Source: an uncultured Lentisphaerales bacterium (GTDB lineage Bacteria > Verrucomicrobiota > Lentisphaeria > JABSQK01 > UBA12247). From it: 64,000 nucleotides of DNA. A program made the translations under genes and the position numbers. Below, piece after piece: positions 20,316 through 30,000 of the stretch. The stretch spans positions 1 to 64,000 of the forward strand of contig CALSSJ010000005.1 of NCBI GenBank assembly GCA_943788985.1, in the 5' to 3' direction. Under the pieces are notes generated by a model. It was not told the DNA's origin and did not search any database. It worked only from the letters and a program-made list of their open reading frames with translations. The first letter of the stretch is position 1; every line of letters starts with the position of its first letter.

Positions 20316-21334
20316 TCACCCGCAAGCTCGATCTCCTCACCCTCCCAGACAGCCTAATCCGCGTCGGCATCAGGGTCTTAGTCAAGCGGCGACTCAAAGC
20401 CCTTCGACACGGTGGTTCTGTCCAGCAAGAAGAGCGCAAAGAAGAGCTGATCAAACAGCTGAGTCAAGGGCCAATCGCCGTCGCGACCGATGAGGCAAAC
20501 GACCAGCACTATGAAGTCCCAGCCGCCTTCTATTCCTACGTACTTGGCCCCATGCTCAAATACTCGTGCTGCCACTGGCCAGCGGGCGTTACGACATTGG
20601 CAGAAGCCGAAGTAGCGATGATGGATCTGGTGATCGAGCGAGCTCAAATCAAGGATGGTCAGGATGTCTTGGATCTTGGCTGTGGCTGGGGTTCATTCAC
20701 CTTGCACGCGGCTCAGCGGTTCCCACAGAGTCGGTTTGTGGCCGTGTCCAACTCCAACTCGCAGCGCGTGTTTATTACCGAGCAGGCTGCTCGCATCGGT
20801 CTGGAAAACGTCTCCGTCATCACTGCCGATATTAACGAACTTAAGCTGAGCGAGACCTTCGACCGCATTGTCAGCATCGAGATGTTCGAGCACATGCGCA
20901 ACTACCAAGCGTTGGGCCAACTCGTCAGTTCGATGCTTAAGGATGACGGCCAGCTATTTGTGCACGTTTTTTGCCATAGCAAGCATGCGTACCTGTTCGA
21001 GGACAAGACCGATGATGACTGGATGGCACGCTATTTTTTCACTGGCGGCACCATGCCCTCGGCAGACCTGCTGCCGCGCTGCTTTGATACATTGAGCTGT
21101 ACAGAGCAATGGTGGCATAGCGGAGATCACTACGCCAAGACAGCCGAAGCCTGGCTGGAGAACATGGATCGTCATCGGACCGAATTACAACCACACTTTC
21201 AAGAAACCTATGGAGACGAAGCGAAGCGTTGGTGGGTCTATTGGCGCACCTTCTTCATGGCATGTGCCGAACACTTCAATTACAGCCATGGTGCCGAATG
21301 GCATATCGAACACTACACATTCCGCAAATCATGA
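20312..21334 (+). CDS. Second Cfa-like SAM-dependent methyltransferase
   Basis: ANDQHYEVP, KYSCC, LDLGCGWGS, SIEMFEHMRN, WMARYFFTGG. Confidence 0.9.
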   Translation: MITRKLDLLTLPDSLIRVGIRVLVKRRLKALRHGGSVQQEERKEELIKQLSQGPIAVATDEANDQHYEVPAAFYSYVLGPMLKYSCCHWPAGVTTLAEAEVAMMDLVIERAQIKDGQDVLDLGCGWGSFTLHAAQRFPQSRFVAVSNSNSQRVFITEQAARIGLENVSVITADINELKLSETFDRIVSIEMFEHMRNYQALGQLVSSMLKDDGQLFVHVFCHSKHAYLFEDKTDDDWMARYFFTGGTMPSADLLPRCFDTLSCTEQWWHSGDHYAKTAEAWLENMDRHRTELQPHFQETYGDEAKRWWVYWRTFFMACAEHFNYSHGAEWHIEHYTFRKS

Positions 21335-21816
21335 CACGGTATCTACTGATGACACTGCTCTGTGCCACCACATCTCTTGCCGCCTCCGACCGTGCCGAAA
21401 CCATCGAGAGCTTCTTCAATGCAGTCTCTCGCGACACCATGCACGTTCTGGACGACTTCTACGCCAGCGATGTCCACTTCATCGATCCACTAGGTGAGCT
21501 ACATGGTCTCCCGGCGCTCCGTGCCTATTACGAGCGAATGTACGAGCCCGTGACCGCCATTCAGTTCGACTTTCCCAGCATTCAGCTGATCGAAAACGAG
21601 GCCTTTGCCACGTGGACCATGACCTTCTCATCCAGCAAACTGAAGCGTGGTCGTTCCATCGTCGTTGATGGTCTTTCACACATCCGTTTCGGTGCTGACG
21701 GCAAAGTCATCTATCACCGAGACTACTTCGACGTCGGTGCCATGGTCTATGAGCATGTGCCCGTGCTTGGCTTCTTTACCCGCTACCTTAAACGAAAACT
21801 GGGAGACCATCCATGA
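21331..21816 (+). CDS. SnoaL/NTF2-like protein with predicted signal peptide
   Basis: YASDVHFIDP, HRDYFD, YEHVPVLG. Confidence 0.82.
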   Translation: MTRYLLMTLLCATTSLAASDRAETIESFFNAVSRDTMHVLDDFYASDVHFIDPLGELHGLPALRAYYERMYEPVTAIQFDFPSIQLIENEAFATWTMTFSSSKLKRGRSIVVDGLSHIRFGADGKVIYHRDYFDVGAMVYEHVPVLGFFTRYLKRKLGDHP

Positions 21817-22412
21817 AATCACTGGTCGGCCTGGCCCTCTCATTGCTTTGCCTCAACCTTCACGCAGGCAACTACGAAGCCCCCCTATTCAGCAGCCATC
21901 TCAGCGAGGGAAGCTTCGAAATCCGCGACTACACACCCATGAACGTCGTGCAGACCAAATTGCCCAGCGATACAAAAAAGGATCGCAACGCCGGCTTCAT
22001 GCGGCTCTACGGTTACATCACCGGCAAGAACCAAGGCAAGGAGAAGATCGCCATGACGATCCCGGTCATGATGACCCGCGGCGTCCAGGAACCGACCATG
22101 CGATTCGTCCTGCCCCGTGACACCGATCCGATTCCCCCCCCCAGTGACAGCAAGGTTTCGACGACCTCCTTCGCTCCCGGCTGGGTCGCCGTGATTCGCT
22201 TTAAGGGCCGCGAGTGGGATTCACGTTGCGAGAAAGAAGAGAAGGAACTTCGCGCCTGGCTCAAGACCCAGAATCTCAGCGGCGGAACCGCCAGGCTTGC
22301 CGTCTATAACGAGCCGTGGGTTCTCGGTTTCCTCCGGCGAAACGAGATCCACATCCAGCTCACCGACCCCATCCCAGTGCTACAAGAGCGGTTCAGCGCA
22401 CAGCCGGAGTAA
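21813..22412 (+). CDS. SOUL heme-binding family protein
   Basis: FEIRDY, GFMRLYGYITGKN, KIAMTIPV, MRFVLP, YNEPW...RRNEI. Confidence 0.88.
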   Translation: MKSLVGLALSLLCLNLHAGNYEAPLFSSHLSEGSFEIRDYTPMNVVQTKLPSDTKKDRNAGFMRLYGYITGKNQGKEKIAMTIPVMMTRGVQEPTMRFVLPRDTDPIPPPSDSKVSTTSFAPGWVAVIRFKGREWDSRCEKEEKELRAWLKTQNLSGGTARLAVYNEPWVLGFLRRNEIHIQLTDPIPVLQERFSAQPE

Positions 22413-22823
22413 GGCACTTGGAGCGCAGGCATCCCACTTGCTGCATAGGTAAGTAGGGATTTCAAACTACGAAACACGCAAAACACCCAAAAACACCCAA
22501 AACACGCGAAGGGAAGCCGGGAGCGCGGGCAGCTCGCCCGCACCACTACGTGATTCGCACCAAGCGGTGGCCGCGGGGGGCCGCCCCACATTCTTCCAAG
22601 CGTGCGTTCCAGTGTTCACGATTGCCAATCGGGCCATCGCCATCAATCAACCCGCAGCGTTCCTCTTGCGCAGTCAGCCGTGCGAACTTCGCAGCGTGCG
22701 GATAGTCGTCTAGCACAAAGAGCTCTGCGAAGCATTGAAGGCTGCGTAAAAACTTTGCTAGACGATTTAATGAGGAGCAAGATGCTTCAATGCATTTCTG
22801 CTGCGAAGGCATAGAGTGTGGGG

Positions 22824-25800
22824 ATGAGTGATATGGCTAACCTGAACTGCATTTTCTGTGGTGAACCTCCCTCTGTGGTGGTTGCGGAGAATGAGCTTGC
22901 GGTCGCTTTTCGGGATGGTTTTCCGGTCAGCCCGGGGCACACGTTGATCGTGCCTCGGCGACACGTCGCTGACTGGTTTGATGCGTCGGAGCAAGAACAG
23001 GCGGCCATCCTTGAGCTGTTGAACGTGCGCAAGAACGCATTGTCTGCAGAACTCCGGCCATCGGGTTATAACGTCGGCATCAACTGCGGCCAAGCTGCTG
23101 GACAGACCGTCATGCATCTGCACGTGCATCTGATCCCTCGATTCGAAGGCGATGTCGACTGCCCGGATGGTGGGGTTCGATTCGTGATCCCAGAGAAGGG
23201 TGACTACAAGTCACCAGGACGCATTCCTCAGATCAATGCTTCGCAACAACGCCTGACCAAGGGTGGAAGCCAGGATCCCTTGTGGACGCAGCTCCGACCG
23301 CTATTCGCTCAAGCGAGCGTCATTCGCATCGTTGCTGCATTCGTGCAGAATAGTGGCGTTCGAGTCTTGGATGATCACATCCAGTCCGCGATCTGTCGCG
23401 GATGCTCGGTACAGATTATCACCGGTGACTATTTAAATATCACACAGGAACAGGCCCTCCGGCATCTCCTCTTGTTGCAGACGGCTGAGGCTCTTCCTGA
23501 TGAGGAGCTTGGCGGTCGAGAAGCCCGGGGACAGCTTGAGGTGAGAGTGGTAGAGATCGCGCGAATCGAAGCGCGCACGTTTCACCCAAAGGCTTGGATG
23601 TTCTCCGGGGCTGGATGTGCTGTGGCATTCGTTGGCAGTAGCAATATGAGCCGCGCAGCCTTGATAGATGGTGTCGAATGGAATCTGCGCGTGGATTGCG
23701 CAGGAGATGCCACAGCGTATACTGAGATCATTCAGGCCTATGAGGAACTCTGGGACGAAGCCCGAACCATCGATGACGATTGGTTGGATGGTTATGCGGA
23801 ACGTGCAAAGACCGCTGCCCGGCAGTTGCCCCCGGGAGAAATATGTGAAGCCCCGCGTGAGCGGCCGGAGCCCAGGCCGATACAAGAGGAAGCGCTAGAG
23901 GCGTTGCGGAGCACACGTGCAGATGGCGTTGACCGTGGCTTGGCAATTCTAGCGACGGGCTTGGGGAAAACGTGGCTAGCGGCTTTCGATTTTCAGCAAT
24001 TTCGTGCGGAAAGGCCGGGGGCGCGTCTATTGTTCGTTGCGCATCGTATCGAGATTCTGCGCCAGGCTGCACGTACATTCCAACAGTTACTCCCCGATGT
24101 TGATGTCGGATTTTGGGTGGGAGGGGAGAGAAGCTCGGATCGATCCATGGTCTTTGCGTCTGTGCAGGCGCTTCGGATTGAAAAACTCGCGATTTTGGAC
24201 CCCACAGAATTTGACTATGTCGTCATTGACGAGGTGCATCATGCGGCCGCAGACAGCTATCGGGCAATCATGGACACCCTCAAGCCAGGTTTCTGGCTCG
24301 GGCTGACAGCCACTCCGACGCGAGCGGACGGTGGCGATGTCATTGGCCAATTCGATGATAACATTGTTTTTGAAGCTGGATTGGATGTGGGGATCCGTGA
24401 TGAGCATCTTGTACCGTTTCGGTATTTTGGCTTGGCAGATACCGTTGATTACAGCGCCGCCCGAATCCCTTGGAGACGAGGCAGATTCGATCAAGCTCGA
24501 CTTGACGCGGCGTTGCGAAGCGAGGGCCGCATGGGCACTGCATGGAATGCCTGGAATACGTATCATGGTACGCGGACGCTGGTGTTTTGTTGTTCGATCG
24601 AGCATGCCAAGTACGTCCGAGACTACCTCCTTAAGCGAGGTGTCCGCGTAAAGGCGGTGCACTCGGGCCCTGGAAGCGATGATCGAGCTGAGGCATTAGA
24701 GGAACTCGCGGCTGGCCAACTCGACGCGATTTGTTCCGTGGATGTCTTTAACGAAGGGGTGGATGTTCCGGAGGTTGACCGAGTCATGATGCTCCGGCCC
24801 ACGGAATCGAATGTGGTTTTTCTTCAACAACTAGGGCGTGGGCTACGAGCCGCGCAAGACAAAGAGCATTTGACCGTGATCGATTTTGTCGGGAATCATC
24901 GCATGTTTTTGGAAAGGCTGCGGACGCTAATGACGTACGCTTCTGCTGACATGAAGGAGGGACTCGTTGCCGCGTTGAAGCGAGCCGTTCTGGAGTCGCC
25001 CTATGCGGAGATAAATATTGACCTGGAGGCCATCGATCTTCTCGAAACACTGATCCGCCGCACCCAGACGAATCCGACGATACGTCTCTTTCGGGAACTG
25101 GTCGATGCAAGAGGCAGCAGGCCAAGTGCGGCGGAGCTAGCTCGCTTGGGGGGCAAACTGAAGAAGTCGATGAAGCCGTGGTTTCAGTTTCTGACAGAGG
25201 AAACGCAGTTGTTACCAGAGGAAGCGGAGGTGCTGGATGAGCATGGTCGGTGGTTTTCAGCTTTACAGAGCACGTCTATGAGCAAGTGCTTCAAGGCAGT
25301 GACATTGCAGGTTATGCTCAGTGAGAAAGTATTTTGGTCAGGCATGAATCTGCAAGCACTGGCAGACGAGAGTATCGCATTCATTCAGCGCTCTCCAGGC
25401 TTGCGCGTCGACCTGAATGTACGGGATAACCTGGAGTCGCCCAAGGGGCGCCTCAGCTATTGGAAGAAGAACCCGATACGAGCTTGGAGCGGATCTGAGT
25501 GGTTCAAAGTGCATGATGGGCTTTTCAAATTCTCGAGAGACGTGAAGGCCGAGCATCAACTGGCATTCAGGCATATGACGGAGGAGTTAATTGACTACTT
25601 GATCTATTGCTATCGTCAGAGGGAGAAGATCAAAGAAGCTGAAGAAGGGGGCGGGCTGGCCATTTTTGCATCCGAGCCATCCGGCGTTCAAGCTGTACCG
25701 ATTCTGGACATGGCCGCAGCTGCTGGCGGCTTTCTATGGTCCATCGGTGAGGGCCTTCCTGCCGGCTGGATGCAGGTCGAGCGTCCTGGCCGATTGGACG

Positions 25801-26156
25801 ACCTGTTTGTCGCCCCGGTGAAGGGGAAATCCATGGAGCCTAAGATCCCCAGCGACTCTTGGTGTCTTTTTCGGCGATCCCCTGGTGGCTCCCGAAATGG
25901 CCGGCTGCTCTTGGTAGAGCACCATTCGATCTATGATCCTGACTTCGCAAGTGGGCTAACAGTTAAGGAGTACCAACGAGCCCCACAGGCGCTTGTCGAT
26001 GGTGAAGAGCGCCAAGGCGCTATTGTACTTAAACCGCGCAATCCCGCTTTTGATGAGATTCGAATCGAAGCCGATGATGCGGAGGAATTCCGTGTGCTCG
26101 GTGAGTTTGTCGAGGTGCTGGCTCCTATCTCTGACAACGACTTATTGCGCTTTTAG
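22824..26156 (+). CDS. HIT-PLD nuclease-SF2 helicase-S24/LexA-like peptidase fusion (candidate defence protein)
   Basis: CIFC and HLHVHLIPR (HIT); FHPK...VGSSN (PLD); ATGLGKT, DEVHH, TATP, FNEGVD, QQLGRGLR (SF2); GKSMEP...TVK...LKPRNP (S24). Confidence 0.88.
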   Translation: MSDMANLNCIFCGEPPSVVVAENELAVAFRDGFPVSPGHTLIVPRRHVADWFDASEQEQAAILELLNVRKNALSAELRPSGYNVGINCGQAAGQTVMHLHVHLIPRFEGDVDCPDGGVRFVIPEKGDYKSPGRIPQINASQQRLTKGGSQDPLWTQLRPLFAQASVIRIVAAFVQNSGVRVLDDHIQSAICRGCSVQIITGDYLNITQEQALRHLLLLQTAEALPDEELGGREARGQLEVRVVEIARIEARTFHPKAWMFSGAGCAVAFVGSSNMSRAALIDGVEWNLRVDCAGDATAYTEIIQAYEELWDEARTIDDDWLDGYAERAKTAARQLPPGEICEAPRERPEPRPIQEEALEALRSTRADGVDRGLAILATGLGKTWLAAFDFQQFRAERPGARLLFVAHRIEILRQAARTFQQLLPDVDVGFWVGGERSSDRSMVFASVQALRIEKLAILDPTEFDYVVIDEVHHAAADSYRAIMDTLKPGFWLGLTATPTRADGGDVIGQFDDNIVFEAGLDVGIRDEHLVPFRYFGLADTVDYSAARIPWRRGRFDQARLDAALRSEGRMGTAWNAWNTYHGTRTLVFCCSIEHAKYVRDYLLKRGVRVKAVHSGPGSDDRAEALEELAAGQLDAICSVDVFNEGVDVPEVDRVMMLRPTESNVVFLQQLGRGLRAAQDKEHLTVIDFVGNHRMFLERLRTLMTYASADMKEGLVAALKRAVLESPYAEINIDLEAIDLLETLIRRTQTNPTIRLFRELVDARGSRPSAAELARLGGKLKKSMKPWFQFLTEETQLLPEEAEVLDEHGRWFSALQSTSMSKCFKAVTLQVMLSEKVFWSGMNLQALADESIAFIQRSPGLRVDLNVRDNLESPKGRLSYWKKNPIRAWSGSEWFKVHDGLFKFSRDVKAEHQLAFRHMTEELIDYLIYCYRQREKIKEAEEGGGLAIFASEPSGVQAVPILDMAAAAGGFLWSIGEGLPAGWMQVERPGRLDDLFVAPVKGKSMEPKIPSDSWCLFRRSPGGSRNGRLLLVEHHSIYDPDFASGLTVKEYQRAPQALVDGEERQGAIVLKPRNPAFDEIRIEADDAEEFRVLGEFVEVLAPISDNDLLRF

Positions 26157-26204
26157 CCGGCGCCTATCGCGGCTCTAAAGAGTTTCACTAGGATAAGGTT
26201 TCAA

Positions 26205-27092
26205 ATGGCAACGAAGAAGATATCAGCCTCGGCCGTAGCAAAGAAGATCGGGTGCAGCAATCGCGAGGTATTCGGCAAGCTCATGAAAGCAGGACTGTTG
26301 GTCAAAAAGGACGACGCCTGGTGCCTGACCGATGCCGGCCAAGAGGCCGGTGCTGAATACCGGGAGTCGAGCAACTACGGCCGATATATCGTCTGGCCTG
26401 CCGACTTGTTTGAAGTCGCGCAGGTGCAGGATACGCCACTAAACTCAACCAAGCTCGGCGTCCATTTTCAGCTCAGTGCCGGACGAATGAACAAGCTTCT
26501 TGCAGAGATCGGCTGGATCGAGCGAGGTGTTAAGGGGTGGCACGTGACAACCGCCGGGAAACGCGTAGGAGGCTATGAACGCGAGCATCACAGTTCCGGC
26601 GTACCCTACGCAACGTGGCCCGACGACATCGTCAACAATCCCGTCCTAGTGGAGAATGTCAGCGACATCACTGGAGCAACGGCTGAGCCACCTGTACAGC
26701 GTAACGCCCCCAAGACGGATGCCCAAGAGATCGCGAGCTTTCGCGAGAAGTTTGAAGCACGGATTCGTACAATGGATGGCCACTACGTCCGTTCACGTGC
26801 CGAAATGGCGATCGATAACTGGCTCTACGTAACGGGCCTGGTTCATGCCTATGAGCGCAAACTTCCAATAGAGGAAGACGTCTACTGCGACTTCTATCTG
26901 CCCGAAGGGAAAGTGTACATCGAGTACTGGGGGCTTGAAAATGATCCGCGCTACACCGAACGCAAGAAGACAAAGCTGGGGATTTACCGGAAATACACCT
27001 ACAACTTGATCGAACTCACCGATGAAGACATCCTCAGCCTTGATGACGTCATGCCTCGCAAACTCCTTAAATTCGGCATCAAGGCGGACTGA
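26205..27092 (+). CDS. Tandem winged-helix (KilAC-like) plus PD-(D/E)XK-like nuclease domain protein
   Basis: Two internally similar units, each ending W.(L/V)T.AG...G...WP; C-terminal VRSRAEMAIDNWL...YE...CDFYL...IEYWG. Confidence 0.7.
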   Translation: MATKKISASAVAKKIGCSNREVFGKLMKAGLLVKKDDAWCLTDAGQEAGAEYRESSNYGRYIVWPADLFEVAQVQDTPLNSTKLGVHFQLSAGRMNKLLAEIGWIERGVKGWHVTTAGKRVGGYEREHHSSGVPYATWPDDIVNNPVLVENVSDITGATAEPPVQRNAPKTDAQEIASFREKFEARIRTMDGHYVRSRAEMAIDNWLYVTGLVHAYERKLPIEEDVYCDFYLPEGKVYIEYWGLENDPRYTERKKTKLGIYRKYTYNLIELTDEDILSLDDVMPRKLLKFGIKAD

Positions 27093-27096
27093 ACTC

Positions 27097-30000
27097 ATGT
27101 CGCATTCCGATTCCAATCACGACGAGAGCGAGAGGTTCCCCGAAGGTCTCTACGACAGGCTGGCCACTGAAGAACTCCGAGAGGTACTCGGAGGCGAGAA
27201 CCCCAACGTCCGCTGGGAAAAGGTTGACCCAGCGGAACTGTATGACCGTGTGGCAGCCTATTATGCACACGAATTGGCACAGACGTTGTCCACTTCTGCC
27301 GGCCAAGCTGTGACCACGGCGGATCTCAGCCGGCTTGTGCAGAGCCTATTCGCGGAAAAGAAGCTACCGCTGGTCCCCGCCAAGTCACTAACGCAGATCG
27401 GCACGAAGTCGGTTTCGCGCCCGGAGACACCTCTTGCTCTCTCCGCCCTTCTAACAGGTTCCAGTCGCTCACCATCGTTGCGTGCTCAACTTGTGCGCGA
27501 GCTACAAAGCTGCGATCGCGCAGACTGGTTGGTGTCCTTCATCAAGTTCAGCGGACTCCGCCCGTTATTGGATGCGTTGAGGGAGTTTACTGCGACGCCA
27601 GCAGAATTAGGGCCGCGGCTACGCATCGCGACTACCTCCTATATGGGAGCAACTGACATTCGGGCCGTTGAGGAACTACTCAAACTCCCGAACACCGAAG
27701 TTCGCGTTTCGTACGATACGCACCGCACGCGGCTGCATGCAAAAGCCTACCTGTTCTACCGGCATACAGGATTCGGCAGTGCCTACATCGGGTCTGCGAA
27801 CCTCTCCAAGCATGCCATTGACGAGGGGCTCGAATGGACGGCCAAAATTAGCCAGGCACAGCTGCCATACCTGTGGCAACAAGCAACCGCGACGTTCGAA
27901 TCACATTGGCGCGACGAGGTGGAGTTTACTCGCTGCACCTTGGATTCCGTATCTGAGTTTCATGCTGCGCTGAATGCTCAACGAGCCCAGCCGGACGCAT
28001 TGCCTACGTTCTTTGACTTGCGGCCCTATACCTTTCAGAAAGCGATTCTTGAAGACATCGCCGACGAACGTTCTGCTGGCAAGGAGCGCCATTTGGTCAT
28101 CGCGGCAACGGGGACTGGCAAAACCATGATCGCCGCCTTCGATTACCGTGCGTTCGCAAAGGGAGGCTGCAACCGACGGCCGAGCTTGCTGTTTCTTGCT
28201 CATCGGGAGGAGATACTCAAACAAGCATGCGATTCGTTTCGCGCCGTATTGCGGGACGGGAGCTTTGGAGAAATCAAAACCGGTCAAACCCGCCTCACCC
28301 AAGATAAACACGTCTTTTGTACCGTTCAGTCCTGGCGGTCACAACTGGGCCAACTTCCCGCCAATCACTTCGACTACGTAGTACTCGACGAGGCACATCA
28401 TGCAAAGGCTCAGACCTATGAGGAGATCCTGGACTATCTTCGCCCAGTCTCTTTGCTTGGTTTGACTGCAACGCCGGAGCGCCTTGACGGAGGCGATATT
28501 CGAGCCCGCTTCGCTGGAACGTACACGCACGAACTACGGCTTGGCGATGCGATTGACGGTAAGCTCCTCGTGCCATTCCACTATTACGGGATTTCCGATC
28601 TTCCAGGGCTGAGCCTGGAAGACGTTCAATGGCGTGGCACGGGCTACGACCAAGCGCAATTGACCGACCGTCTCTGTTCCGATGAGCGCGCTGGCTGGGT
28701 GCTGGAGCAAGCAAAGAACTATGTCGCAGAATTGCAGGTGATGAAGGCAATAGCGTTTTGCGTGAGTATCAAGCACGCGAACCATATGGCAGCCTTCGCC
28801 GCTGAACGTGGAATTGGGGCAATCGCGTTGACGAGCCAAACATCACGGGAAGAGCGAATCGCTGCGCAACGTCGCCTCCAAACTGGAGAGTTGCAACTCG
28901 TCTGTACGGTCGATCTCTATAACGAAGGTGTGGACTTGCCCTTCGTTGACGCAGTCTTGCTGCTGCGTCCAACAGAAAGCCTGACGATCTTTCTGCAACA
29001 GATTGGCCGTGGACTCAGAACGTTCGATAATAAATCGCATCTCACGATTCTCGATTACATCGCGCCGCAGCATGATCGTTTTAACTACGCTGACCGCTTC
29101 CGCGCCTTCTCGTCAAACCGCAGCCGGCGGATTGATGATCAGATCAGTGCGGGCATGCCATACGTTCCTGCTGGCTGCTTTGTACAACTGGAGCGTCAAG
29201 CTTCCGAAACGGTCTTGGCGAATATCGGGATTGCTGCACGGCGTTTGAAGGCGCGCAGAATACAGCAGGAGCTTAGGGCGCTTTGGGAGGTGGAACAGCG
29301 CCGGCCAGAGCTTACAGAGCTCCTGAATGCACTGCTGTGCGATACTCCTGATGCAATCTATCGGTTAGTGTTGCCTTCGATGGCCTTGGATCAGGCCACG
29401 AACCGAGAGATTGAGCTAGAGCCGAAGCAAGAGATGCAACTTCGCAAGGGGCTACGTCGATTGCTACGGATCGATGATTCCCATTTGCTGGATCAATATT
29501 GTGATTTTCTAAACGGGAAAGCCTGTGACCAACAGATTATTGCGCTGGTCCACAGCGTGCTGTGGGGTGCCGGCGAGAAGGGGCTCACCTTGACTGGCAG
29601 CAAGGAGTTTCTGCGCGCTCGTCCTGGGCTGACAGCTGACCTGCTGGATTTGGTGGATTGGAAGAGAAGCAGGGATGTTGCTCGGCCGTTTATCCCGTGC
29701 AAGGGTTTGAACGCAATCTCTGTGCACGGGAGCTATACGCGAGAACAGGTGATTTTGGCAGCAGGTCACGGGACGTTTGAGCATCCCGTGAGCAATCGTG
29801 AAGGCGTATTGCACGTGCCGGAAAGAAAACTCGACATCTTCTTTGCCGACATACACAAGAGTGAAGCGGATTTCTCGCCCACCACAATGTACCAAGACTA
29901 CGCCATCACTCAGAATCTGTTCCACTGGCAAAGCCAAAGCGCTACGCACTCTAATTCCCGGGTTGGGAGACGATACATCGAGCACGAAGACCGAGGCTAC

